DNA of 64,000 nucleotides from Octopus sinensis (Eukaryota): NCBI RefSeq assembly GCF_006345805.1, contig NC_042998.1, positions 136,958,001 to 137,022,000 of the forward strand, read 5' to 3'. Shown piece by piece: positions 13,221 to 26,464 of this stretch (position 1 is its first letter; each line of letters starts with the position of its first letter). The notes under the pieces were generated by a model. It saw only the letters and a program-made list of their open reading frames with translations, ran no database searches and was not told where the DNA came from. The position numbers and the translations under genes were made by a program.

Positions 13221-14250
13221 GCCTTATTTATCTTTTGGGATGGTAAGGACATATTTGATAAACCTTGGCCAGAGAGAAAGTTGCCCGTCTTAATTCCTTT
13301 CACTCTTGTCAACCACATTCACGTACATTCACACCAACAAGCTTGAACGAAACCAAGATGAATGAAATTAATTACTTACTTGGTGATGGGAGGATGTAGA
13401 TTTATCCTCCCCTCTCGTCGTGGCTTGTGGGGCGTCGTTGATTCAGTTCCGGTAAATGTGTTTACTAAAATTTAATTGTAATATTCCAGTGTCTTTGGGA
13501 TATTGTTCTTTTAGTTACGTATGTGAATGACAATCAAATTTTATTAATTGGATGTGTTCAGGAATTTGTGAATTTGAAGAATGGACGTTGAAATGTGATA
13601 TGCAGGGATTTTCGTTTATGTGTTCTGTTGTATTCTTTGTGTTGATTGCCGTGATGTTGAAGACAGATTCTGGAGTATGAGCTTCAGGTGTGTGTGTAGG
13701 GGGTGTGCTGGTATTGTGGTGTGTGTCTGTGGTGCATGTTTATTCTTTTCCTTCTTTTTGTTTTTAGCTACCTCTTCCAATTCCTGATCTGTTGTGTGGT
13801 TGTTTTGCGTTTTAATGTTAGTGATTGTGCTAGTTGGAGAGGGGTTTTGTTCGTTGGTGTTATCCTTTGGAGTTTTACACGTTTTGGTGTCCGGGGCAGG
13901 GTTTGTTGGTGGTATTGGGTTGGTGTTGGTTGCCTTGACCAGGTGTTATAAAGGCACGTCTGGTGGAGGGTTTCCCGTTTCAGAAGTATGCCAAGATATG
14001 AAAATTGTCAAAGTGTAGTACAACGGTCTAGCAACTTTCAAAAGTGTAGTTAATTCCACATACGTCAATTTTACAAAAATCTTTCTGATTGAAAATATAA
14101 TGCATAAAGTTACGATTTTATGCACCCAACAAAGTATCATTCCTAAGCTGAAATTGTTGCTGACGTAAAAATATTGGAATGGTGAAACTGTATTTTCGTT
14201 TTCTGAAAAAGCAACGTTTTGACTTACGACATATTTACATAATAGCAACG

Positions 14251-14303
<53 letters not shown>

Positions 14304-15562
14304 TAAATTCTATAGGCAAATGCAGCAGCGTTGTCGTCATAATTATTTTGGTTGGGGTTGGTCACCAAGATGTTTCCCCATCTCCATCTCTGTAATTTAC
14401 ATTTATTTAATCTAAGATTACGTAACCTAAATGCAATGAAATCTGTTTATATGTCTGTTATCTGTTCATGACAGTATCGAATTGTTAGTGAGTGAATAAT
14501 AATTACAAAGTAAAAGATTTAGTTCTGTTATGTCTGGGGAGAGTCATTTTCTTTTGTGCCTTATAAGTGGAAATAAGTAGAAATTTTACCTGTGAGTGTG
14601 TTAAATTATAAGGCACAAACAGAAAATGACTCTCCCCAGACACAACAGAATATGCTTCAATAAAGAAACTAACATAATGTATCTTGTAAACCAAATCCAA
14701 AAACGAAATGTAAGATTTAGTTTTATAATTTATTTCTTGTCATCTAATGTGTGCTTAATTAACTTCTTTCAATACCTTCAAAAATTCCTTTCATTACCTC
14801 AGAATTTACATCTACATGTTTTCTAACGCCTTCCTCATTTCCTTATATCTTTCCGTTCCGCATTACCACACAAGTCTCTCAATTTCTCGTATTTTTCTGA
14901 TTCTCACACCTACATCTATTTTATCTTGTTCGGCTCCACTCATACTAGATCAGTTATATTTCTTCAACCCACTCCACACCTGTGCTTAGGTCAATAACTT
15001 CAAGATTAAGTATCACAAAGTGGAAAACTATTTAGCTTCAACATAGTTATATTCAACACTAGCACGTCAATCCCGTGCCTGTATCATCGCCGATCATATT
15101 TCATTCCCTCAACTTCTATTTCACAAGAACCTACAATCACGAATTCCATCTATGAGGAAACGGTCTGTGTTTCCTTGTTTGTTTCAGAAAGGTTGAAAGT
15201 GCAATGAAATAAGAATGGATAACTAAAACTTGTCGCCAGCGACTTTACTTCTCAGGGCCATGCATTATGCTCTTTATGGTCCTTTACAAAAATATGGTAC
15301 TCCTGATTTCTGATTCCTACATGAACAACAATTCATTTTCCGCTAATAGGCAGCCTGTTATTGGGCAATCAATAATTAACAAGCCAAATTCTATATTTTC
15401 TACCTATACATTGGTCAGAATCACACTTCTCATTCTATCCATTTATCCATTCTTCAGAGCCTGGAAATACTTTTCTTCCAGTTACTAAGATTTATAGAAA
15501 AGATTGCAATGGAGTATTGCTACTATATCTGGAACAGTGCTCCCGTTAGACATACAGGTAAG

Positions 15563-18315
15563 TGACCTGTACGCACCGTTACCGTTGGACATACAGGTAA
15601 GTTACTTGTATGTCCCGTTAGGCATACAGACAAGTTACCTACCTGTATGCCAATGACTGTACGTTCGTACAAATCTGTGCGTTTTGGCCAAAAGTTTGAT
15701 GAACTGTACGTTTAGCAAACGTACGTTTTAGTGATCTTGTCATTGGTTTTTAAAATTCAGGTTTTGACGCATTGATTGATTGATTTTTCACATATGGGTG
15801 TTTGTGAGCTTTATGAAAATAAAAGTACGCCCGGTCTGCTTTCGCAAACGCGTCTGCATGCATGCACGCGTTGACTAATGACGTCAAGGGCATCTGTAAT
15901 TTTGGGTGACTGTATATACGTCCTGTTTACTATGCCATAGATGTCATAGCACGAAGTTTTCTCACAGAATGAAGGAAGGTAATTGTTTTTAAAAAAAATT
16001 GATAAGTTAGGCTCAATTTTAGCGCTTATTTATACAATCCCGCCGTATCAGTCTGAACACAAATATAGATTTCTTAACCCAGATTTTAAACGGTATGTAA
16101 TGTGTTTAATAATTTGATTAATTCAAATAAATCTTATAGAACTATAACTGGAGGAAGATATGAGTGATAGAACTTTGAAAACAGAACATTCTTTGGAGAA
16201 TAAACGAAGCACCAGATAAAAAGAAGGCTAGATTTGTTGTGCGATGAAAACTTTTCTAGTTGGTTGGAGCGAGAAAAGAACGATACAGCTAAACGCAAAT
16301 GCATATTATGCAAGTATGAAATTGTCGGTAGTTTGATCCAAATTTTACGACATGAACAGACAGAAAAAACACCGCAAGAATGCAAATGAAGCAAATAAAG
16401 CAAAAAAGTTGACCAATTATTTCGAGGCCTCATCGTTTTCTTCACATTCCAAGAAAGTAGCAGTTGCTGAATTAAAATAATGTGCATTTGTTGCTGAGCA
16501 TAATATCCCAATTTATATTTTGGACCACTTACCTGGCCTTGTTGCAAACGCCTGTCATGGTTCTAAAATCATCCAGGATGCAAAGTGTGCTCGAACGAAA
16601 GGCACATGCATCTTTCTTAAAGCCATTGGCCCCTACTACAGCTTCAACGCTTTATTAAAAAAAAAACTTCATTCATCAAAATTCTCTCTTGTTATTGATG
16701 AAACAACTGATGATTCAACACTAAAACAACTTGTCTTAGTTTCCAGATATTCTGACGTTGAAATTCAAAAGGCAATCGACGATTTTCTTACACTTATAGA
16801 AATACAAGATTGCAGTATTACGGGTATATAAAACTGTCATATTTAAACGAACAGGCTATTCCTCTGGAAAATTTGATTGGTTTCGCCTGTGATAATGCAA
16901 ATGTTATGACGGGAAGCAAACAATGTGTTAAAGCAGAATAGGCTAGATCTTTTTGTGCAAGCCTGTGTTTGTTATTCTTTACACTTATGTTCATCAAACG
17001 CATACAATGAATTACAAAAAGTATTTATGCATACTTTAGTCACAGTCCTAAGCGTATCAATGAATTCAAAGATCAGTAGAAAATAGCTTCAATTGTTCAT
17101 CACAAAATCCTGCATGCATTTTGCACTATATGGCTGTCTCTCAAGCAAGTTGTGCAGCACATTTTAGAGCAGTGGCCAACACTGCTGACGTATTTCCCAC
17201 AAGCAACATTAGAAAGTGGATGTCCGATTACGGCTCGACGAATTCTCACTGAAATGAAGAATCCTCTTACAAAGAGGTATTTAGCATTTCTCTCTTTCAT
17301 TTTAAACGACGTTAACAAACTAAATCTGGAATTCCAGACTGAAGGCTGTCTGATGCATAATCTTAAAAGAGCCACCAGCGCTAGAATGAAGGGAATTTTG
17401 AGCAATTTCATCAGACCTGACTTACTTTCTGTCATTAATGTGTGTGACATTAATGCCAACGATACAACGACACACCAACCATTAGTTGTATCTACTTTGG
17501 CGCTGTAGGTGAGAGAAATTTATACGAAAATGCTACCACCATTGCCCCTGATGAATTGTTGACTTTCCGACAGAATATACTACGATTCTTTGTTAGTCTT
17601 TCAAATCAAATGCTCGTGCAATTTTCGTCTTGCGATATGCAGAACAATTTGGGATTACTAGAGGCGTTAGAACTTACCAAAATAATTGAAGGAAGGCCAA
17701 GGTCAATTATATCACTTATCATGCGATTACCAAGTCTTTGTGATGAAAAAGATTTCGAAGAAATTATTCAGGAATGGCACCACTTGACGGTTCAAGGTTG
17801 TTCTTTCATCCCGTATAACGAGCCAGAAAAAATGTCATTTGCTGTTTCACAAGAGAAATGTGGTGATGAGTACCACTACTCACTGTTGTCATCCTTTATG
17901 CTCAGTCTTCTTTCTTTACCACACTCCTCTGCATCGTCAGAAAGAATTTTCGCTGTTTTCCACAATATCAAAACTAAAAATCGAAATTGCTTGAAAACTT
18001 CTACGCCTAATGCATTTAAGAAGACGAAAACTTTGTAACGAAATACCGATTGTACGATGTGGGAGCCGGATGAAAAATTTTATAAAACATTATTTGGAAA
18101 AAATTTGTACAACAGAGAACTTCCTCACGAAGATGATTTTTCTTTTTGATGTCCAAACATTCGACGTTTCATTAAATGTTTTCCAAATCAAAAAATTATA
18201 AAATCTTCGCTTTCACTGTATTTGGGGCTTCAGTACAATTCTGTACGTTTTGATCAGATTCTCTTCGCTTTGAAAAAGAATTCTATACGTTTTGAAAAAA
18301 ACTTTGGCACCGCTG
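15563..18315 (+). mobile_element. hAT DNA transposon, decayed
   Basis: FSLVIDETTD, FACDNANVM, and the dimerisation motif LLSLPHSSASSERIF..IKTKNRNCL. Right end TTGGCACCGCTG. Empty site at about 62660. Confidence 0.85.
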
Positions 18316-19537
18316 CGGGTAACCCTGTTCTCTAGCGTTATTAACTTAGAAGTCGTTTCTGTGTACCATTAATTAAGGTTAAATATAATTATATTACAAT
18401 AACACACAGGATTGAACTTTTGTTGGTAAATTGCATCAAGAATATATAATGAATAATCCAACCTAATACCTAGTACAAATTACCTGAAATTCTTTCCTTC
18501 TCCTTAGTAAATAAAGTAAAATGATTACAACTAAGAATCAACATGAAGCCACGTACTCGGAAGTTTACTTGTTTATTTTATATTTATTACCTTGTATTGG
18601 AGATGTATTAACGTGTATAAACATTTCATATCCAAAGCCCTACATTTCACTCAAATTAGACCAAAGGTAAAATGACTTTAAATGAATTTAGAAGAAAATA
18701 AATGTAATATAGATATAAAATATGATATTTAGTTTGTCGTACCATTTTATTAAATAGTTGATTTTGGTTATGATGACATCGCTGCAATTGAAATGGTCGT
18801 ATTTTTAATAGTATCTATTGGCTATATGATAGGTAAAGTTTTCCCCCTATCAAAATATTTAGCTACCGTCGCGATTTCTGGCATAGCTAGTCGTCATTCG
18901 CAAATGGGAATAGGCTTAATAGCATATGCTCTGGTTTTGCGAATTATTACAGGTATTATATAGTTGAAAACATGCCTAGATAAGCCCTCGGTCTTGCATC
19001 AGTTGTGTGACAGATGGAAGAGAAGACGGCTGCACCAGCACCTAAATGATAGTCAGTACAGCAAACTAGAACAATGGGAAATGAAGTACTTTCCTCCAGG
19101 ACACACCTGTCTGTCCTATCCAGAAATCGAGCTCGCCACATTGTGATCATGAGCCAAAGAGCACAACCATCAGAACACGCGCCAATGATTTTGGGTGGTG
19201 TAATATGTTTCTAAATATCTTTTAAGAATGAGAAAATATTGATCATAAACTTCTTTGACTGGCCTTCTCCTAATATAGACAGATACAGCGAAGGATAGCA
19301 ATATAATCTAACACACACTTATGATCTAAATATTACATCCTATGAACGAAATAATATATTAAATTAGATTTGGTCGTAATACACTTAATCTTGGATCAGC
19401 AGATGTATCAACAATATATGCAATATAAGCTGGTTTGACATTGCTTACTGATGCACGATGGTGTAGCAAAGGATTGATAAAACTGCAATCAAACACACGT
19501 TCGACTTGGGAATGTTGCAGACGAATGGCAGAATCAA

Positions 19538-19558
19538 TGATATAAAATGATATAAAAG
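19538..19558 (+). promoter_or_regulatory. Double TATA box of the secreted precursor gene
   Basis: tgaTATAAAAtgaTATAAAAg, present in all three copies (also about 38352-38372 on - and 63886-63906). Confidence 0.5.
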
Positions 19559-19607
19559 TGAGATGAAACAGACAACAACAAGTCATTTCTCCATCGAAAT
19601 GTTTAAC

Positions 19608-20348
19608 ATGAGCAGAATTGTTTGTTTGATTTAAGCAGTCCTCCTGGTTAAATTTCTGGAAAGTGGTGGTGATGCGTTCTCTCTAGAAAAACGAAATGAC
19701 AGTGTTCGGAGTTATAACGATACTCCGCATGCCGGTGTTGTGAGTTATAACGATACTCCGCATGCCGGTGTTGTGGATGATATTCAGAATATCGGTACTC
19801 CGCATGACGGTGTTGTAAGTTATAACGATACTCTGCATGCCGGTGTTGTGGATGATATTCAGAATATCGGTACTCCGCATGACGGTGTTGTGAGTTATAA
19901 CGATACTCCGCATGCCGGTGTTGTGGATGATATTCAGAATATCGGTACTCCGCATGACGGTGTTGTGAGTTATAACGATACTCCGCATGCCGGTGTTGTG
20001 GATGATATTCAGAATATCGGTACTCCGCATGACGGTGTTGTGAGTTATAACGATACTCCGCATGCCGGTGTTGTGGATGATATTCAGAATATCGGTACTC
20101 CGCAAGACGGTGTTGTGAGTTATAACGATACTCCGCATGCCGGTGTTGTGGATGATATTCAGAATATCGGTACTCCGCATGACGGTGTTGTGAGTTATAA
20201 CGATACTCCGCATGTTGGTGTTGTGAATAATATTCAGAATAACGCAGCAGCAGCTGCTAATTCACTAAACAAATGTATTATCCAATATAGAATGAGACTT
20301 TGCAAGAATGGACGTGGTTGTCGAAAACCAAAGAAATATGGAAAATAG
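19608..20348 (+). pseudogene. Paralogue of the secreted repeat/Cys precursor with a premature stop in the signal peptide
   Basis: TAT>TAA at 19632-19634 (codon 9) and I>K in the signal core. Last Cys changed to Tyr. The frame is otherwise open to TAG at 20346-20348. Confidence 0.8.
19710..20240 (+). repeat. Coding minisatellite: one 33-bp unit, six 75-bp units and a partial unit
   Basis: agttataacgatactccgcat recurs every 75 bp from 19743 to 20193. Confidence 0.9.
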
Positions 20349-22177
20349 CGTTTGATGGAAAAGAGTTCATGAGCGTTCTGAAAATCTTTACCAGGTAACG
20401 TATCCAATGAAACGTATTATGACTTTATGTTTTAATTTGAAGATTAGATTCAAAGCTGATATAAATAAGTACACAGAGATTCTTGAATTGTCTTTCTAAT
20501 AATTTTTTATCTGTATTTTACATAAATGCAGACTACTGTAGAATGTTTTCATCGATTTCTGAATTAAATATATCATTCAACAAATTCAGAAAGTAATAAC
20601 CCAAGAGTGTTTTGTTAAGTGTATGCATTTTTAAATTTGGTTCTTTAGTTATAAAGATCACTTTGGAAAACCTATTAGGAACCAATATTACTGTAAGTAA
20701 ATATTCTTCCAAGAAATTAGAACCTCATACACTTTCTTCGAAACGCAGATTTTATAACAGCATTTTTGCTATTTTAAATTTATCTTAGATTTTCTGAGAA
20801 ATGCTGTATTAGAATCAAAGATATATTTGTTAATCCTTATGAGGCTGCCGATGAACGCTGAACAATTTCTTCTCATTACATCGGCAACGATGTATGTCAT
20901 GTGAAGAGCGTTTCTTATGGAAAGATATCTCCGCCTGTCTTGTAATGATATATTTACTCTAAAAAAAAACTACATTTCAAAAGCGTTTCATGTAGGTGTT
21001 TCTTCAGATGTAGAATCCGCAATTCTGAGACGTAATTTGCAATTAGGGGAATAAGGTCGTTGTACAGTCGAGCACTGAGTCGCTGGTGGGTATCCTGTAG
21101 GTTTTAGATCCCGTTTCATAACTTCCCAATCATTTAAGGCGATGGTTACAATCCGTCCTTTTAGATCTGCTTATCCATTTGGTATTATACTGTCGAGAAA
21201 CCTAAACTGGTCTACTTTAGAAGCCGCCAGTGGGACAATGTCATTGCTCCATGACAGGATCTGGCACTTCAAGGCGTTTGTATCTGTGCCTCATGTTTAA
21301 CGGCTTCGTGGATATACTGAATTTGTCATAGCAACAACAGTGGATACATGGGTCGTGTCATCCAGATACCTAATACTTTTGGAGAGTGCATGAGTGAATA
21401 AGAAACTTTTTCATGTGACTTTTCGTTCTCTCGGAGTACAAACATTATTATCGAATATCGCTTCTTTTATTTGCACTTGATTGGGATCCACGGTTATTAC
21501 TTACATCATCTTCTATAGCGCTTTTCTTTAGATGTTGTCGAATGCAGCATTAAAAACTATGAATTTAAAATACAATGACACCAGAAATTCTATTGCTTTC
21601 AAAATTTTTTTCCCGACTATACAACTATGTCTCCACCGAAACTAAAATATGATTAAATCTCTCTCACCCTTTCCCATCACGGCGCTTCTTTTGGTTTTGC
21701 TTTTCATTCTGTCACCAGGTTTCCCGTTATTGACGAGAAAGAAATTAGCTTGTTTCGAACTTTTGCTTGTCGCCCCTGTTATATATCGGTGTTACCAACA
21801 TAGGGATCTAATGTTTCGGCGTCCTTTCTGTCCCTCATATCATTTTAAACATTAACCACTATCTCTCTTCCTTCTTTTATTACTTCGGTTTATTATATAA
21901 AGAGTTCGGCGCCGGGCTGTGCTATAAACTACAATTGTGAACACGTTCACACAAATACACACACACACACACACACGCACACACACGCGCGCGCACACAC
22001 AAATACTCACTCACACAAATACACATACACACACAAATACACATACACAAGCACACACAATTACACAAATACACACATACACACATAAACACAAACAGGT
22101 CTAAAGAAAGTTGGGACGGTTGTGAGGGAGAGGAAAACATACAAAATCTTATTGCTCTTGTTTTTTTTTTTTTTCAG

Positions 22178-22260
22178 GCGATTTTAATCCCAATGAACTG
22201 AAACCTGAATCTAACATTTGTTAAAATAAAATATGAAAGCATATCAAATTTGTTTGTATT
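22178..22260 (+). other. Terminal exon on the + arm (probable 3'UTR exon of OctTK-I and/or the nested precursor gene)
   Basis: T-run plus CAG acceptor ending at 22177, AATAAA at 22225-22230. Same sequence as the OctTK-II terminal exon. The 3' end is approximate. Confidence 0.7.
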
Positions 22261-24343
22261 TATTTATATGATCGACATTGTTTCTGCCAACATTGTATTT
22301 TTATGGAGAAGTGTAATAATTGCAGGGATCCATTGTGGTTACAATATATTTGCAACAATGATGAGCCAAATACCGAACTTCTGTTCAGATTATTATAAGA
22401 ACGTTTTTCCTTAGTACTACTTATTTTCAGGATATAAGTATAAACGTCATAGAATCTCATTGTATATTCTGTGAGCACAAAACAATATTTAAGTTTAATA
22501 ATTTCTCAGAGAATGTAGTAATCACAGTTTACTCTGTGTTTTCAAAAATTATTTGAACTAAGAATTCTACTTGGGGGTTTTAGGGTGTAAGAACAAACTG
22601 AAAGTGAGATATATATGGACCAAGTTCATTTAAATGATTGGGGGTAGGTCGACTGAGTAAATTTTAATGTAAATTAGGACATTTTATACATTATAAAAAT
22701 GCAAATTATTAAAAGTATTTATAAAGCCAAGAAGCTAACTTAGGTAATTAAATGCGACATTGCTTTCATTGTGCAAAAGATTATTATGAAGATAGCTGTT
22801 AAAAATGTAATCCATTGATTTTGCCGCGAGGAAAATGAAATACCTAACTTTATTTGGACAGTACCCTTCATCGGAAATGATGTTTCTATAGTACCGAATG
22901 AATAGATTGGGCACGCAAGAACATTAAGAAAACAACACTCTTCGGGGATAAGTACTGCCTTATTTATTCTGTGTCTGCTTTTCATCACCCCTGGCATAAT
23001 CGAGCGCTCGTGATCTCTAGTCCAACTGTTTGATATACTTTAAGGAACAGAAGTCGAAAATAAAGCATCCAGTTTAGTAAAAAGAATAAAAATGACTTGT
23101 CAGCACATAATTTGATGAACAGATCTTAAAATAGAAATATAACCGCTTATCACGAATAATGAGGACAACCATTAATAGATCGATATATTATTTAAGTCGG
23201 TGTGATTTTATATAGAAACAATATAATTAAGAAAGGAGAGACTACCTTGAAAGATTCTTGAGCAGTGAGGTTTATTTCCGAAAATTATAATCATCCTTAT
23301 CATAAAGATTATTGAAATATAAATAAAAGTAATTCCAAGACCACTTCAGATATACACAGAACGAAGACAGAGTCACTACACATATCAAAGAAATACAATA
23401 TTACAGTAATCTTTTGTCATCTTCACAACTCAAATTCTAACATCTATATTATAGCATGGCTACATCTCCATCTTCTACATTGCTCCAGATCTAAGAATGC
23501 CTTTTACATTTGATCTTAATATATTTTATGAAGCAGCAACTACAGTCATAAAACAGTAGTGACGGTGAAGTTGCTGGTCATGCACACATTCTCCATAAGT
23601 GTTTCACAAACATTTGTAGTTCAGCGACTCCTTTCACTTGTTAGTCTTCTACAAAGTCTCTCTCTCTATGAGTTGCCGAAGAAAAATGAACAATAAAAAA
23701 AACAACATTTTAATCCAACAGAAATTAAAATATTTTGCTTATACTATTCCATTTAAAATGTGTCCCCATATAGATATATTTTTGTAAGGTAAAAACTTAT
23801 ATTGGTTCTTGAAGTGTCTGACAACACAATGTACCCTGTATTCTTATTTTGCTCTTAGCAAAGATTTTTAATAAGCGTAAAATATAAGTATTGAACATGG
23901 TTAGAATACCTTATTTTTAAAGGAAATCATGAGACTTCTGAATACCCAGCAATTGCCTTAGCACCTCATTGGTACATGCCATACATCGTGAGCTTACGAA
24001 GCTTCTACCCAGATTAAGTCCCACATATCTTGATTGTAACTCAGGAAAGAACATTTTGTAGAATACCATATTTCTTTCGGCAGTTTCGGAAAGCGACTAG
24101 ACCGATTCGCAACGTAATGCAAGTGCCTATTGTCTTTTTTGCTTAAAAGTTCATTCCCTGAGAGCTCCCACCTTCTGTTATGTGTTTCTAATACAGGGAC
24201 GAAATAAATTCTTGTTTCCCATTTCCAAATGAAGGAACATACAGACTATTTATTTTATGGTACCAAAATATTTGTATCGTATGCTAGGATTACTATCTTA
24301 GTAGAATAAATAATGCTGTAACATGAATATAAGAAATGAATAT

Positions 24344-24437
24344 ATTGAATATAAGAATGAATATAAGAAATGAATATATTCACATGAAAATGAATATAAG
24401 AAAAGGAATATAAGAAATGAATATATTCACATGAAAA
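24344..24437. repeat. Short imperfect tandem repeat
   Basis: gaatataagaaatgaatatattcacatgaaaa and sub-units repeated. Confidence 0.7.
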
Positions 24438-24625
24438 CTTTATATCGCTTCTATTAAATGGAGTTTAAAATTGTCTTCACTTTTTTGTGTCTCTAGCATT
24501 AAGCTTCCTTATTTGGGAGCCTTTTATTATATTTCTATATGAATAATATTTTGTCTAATGACTAATTCGTCTTTTGTGCTGGGCCACTGGTAATAATAAC
24601 TTATGTTATTACCCTTTTTGATTAT

Positions 24626-24707
<82 letters not shown>

Positions 24708-24749
24708 ATGTATATGTATATAATATACCCTAACGATACAAACGGGACC

Positions 24750-25275
24750 AGATCACAGGCTAAAATCTACATGTCCATCCCTCTAACTTCTCTTATAAGC
24801 AAAGTCTTTGGACGAATTGTCAGACAACTTTCTTAGAAGAAAATGAAATACCTTTGACTTACTGAACTTCCATTCAGGAAGAATGTTCCTCAGACGGCTC
24901 TTACGGCACTATGATGGGGTTTGATGCAAGTTATTCGATCATTCAAATGTCGATGTAGTATATCTTGACTTCGCAAGGGCCTTTGACAAGGTGGATCATG
25001 ACACGAGACACTGGCATAAACGGTAAACTGGGAGTGTGGCTAAATCACTTCCTGAAAGACAGAAGTCAGGCAGTTGTAGATAATGTTGCTCTCTCGAAAG
25101 AAACACATTCTCAGTGGCAATTTCTCACGGTTCTGTTTGTAGACTACTGCTGTTTATAACAGGCCTTTGAAATATGTCCATGGCCATTCAGACAGCATCT
25201 GTCAACAACTACACCGACAATACAAAATTATCACAGGTAATAAAGATGTTGCAAGCTTACAGCTGGACCTAAATG
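24750..25275 (+). mobile_element. CR1/L2-like LINE RT fragment
   Basis: IPLTSLISKVFGRIV and VYLDFARAFDKVDH. Confidence 0.7.
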
Positions 25276-25277
25276 TT

Positions 25278-25530
25278 TTGGGTCGGTGCATAATTACTGC
25301 GGCTTTTTTAAAACAACTTTTATTCAACAAAAACAATAACAACATGTAACAAAAACATCTTATTATTATTCCGGAGCATATTCACCATCTACTTCAATTA
25401 ATGCTTGCCATTTGCTTGGCAGATAATCAGACCGTCATTTAAAGTTGCTTTTTTGTTAAATATAGTTATTGTTTATGTTGAATAAAATTTGTTGAAAAAA
25501 AGCCGCAATAATTATGCACCAACCCAATAA
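25278..25530. mobile_element. Mariner-type MITE; mirror copy at about 33740-33985
   Basis: Terminal inverted repeats ttgggtcggtgcataattactgcggc / gccgcaataattatgcaccaacccaa. Confidence 0.75.
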
Positions 25531-25729
25531 TATACAACTGGGCTGAAGAAAACTAAAGTCTCGGTATGAAGTACAGATGAGGGCAGCACTGCCAGACACC
25601 AAACGAAAACTCAGCCAAATAAGGTAGCTGCATATACATATATATATATGAGATCGCCATGTTGATTCGCTAGCTTCTGCACGCATTTTTTTTCTTTCCT
25701 TGTTTCTCTCCGTGTTTCTTTTCTGTGTA

Positions 25730-25767
25730 TCTTTCTGTTGAAGAGCGTAGGCTCGAAACGTAAAAGA
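25730..25767 (+). ncRNA. Minimal hammerhead-ribozyme-like motif with a variant core
   Basis: TCTTT CTGTTGA AGAGC GTAG GCTC GAAACGTA AAAGA. Second copy at 60452-60489 on -. Confidence 0.4.
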
Positions 25768-26464
25768 CTTGTTTTATTTATATTCCTGAGCGCCATACTA
25801 ATACAATTGTTTGTTTATATTCCACCTGCCTTCGTCTTTTGTTTATTTTCATAAAGCTTCCCGTTATATATATATAAATTACAAAATACAAAGTTATATC
25901 TTGAGACCGTTAGTGACAACAACACTCAAAATATATAATATATAAGACTGAAATTGTAGTGCTCAAATGAGCTGTATACACTTATTAATCCGAGGGGAGG
26001 CAATGTGAGCAGCAACTAAAGGAACATTACAAAATCCACAGAAAGATCAAACACATACATATATTCATATATTCATTTATATCTACAGAACAGATTTAAA
26101 GTCCGACGTTTAAAAATATAGTAATGTATAAACATCATATAAAAATATGTAAAAATATATAAGAATCAGTGTTGCATATTTAGCACATTGAATTTGCTCT
26201 TAAAATCATAAAACATTCGGTAAAAATTTGTTAAATTAAAAATTTGGGGTAATACAACATACAATGCCATATTAAAATTCCAGAGAAAATACAGAAAAGA
26301 TAAATATACAAAATTACAAAAATCCCAAAATACAAAAATGGGCCGTTTCGGAGATGCGCCAATTAATATGAAACATATATTTGAAATTGACACTCCCCTC
26401 GTCAGGATGTTTTTTACACACAACACATAATACACGGAAACATATGCACAATTATATACCAGAA

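Noticed and set aside
18760-19190. Apparent reading frame upstream of the unknown gene (also 63111-63500)
   Set aside because: Multiple stops in both copies, no recognisable domain. Conservation is explained by duplication.
19683-20213. Antisense repeat ORFs (also 37813-38262 and 37982-38227)
   Set aside because: Shadows of the coding minisatellite, with no signal peptide or promoter.
19710-20240. CRISPR-like appearance of the regular repeats
   Set aside because: No unique spacers, no cas genes, eukaryotic context. It is an in-frame coding repeat.
21649-22997. Short ORFs repeated identically at 35248-36530
   Set aside because: Identity is explained by the recent inverted duplication, not by coding constraint.
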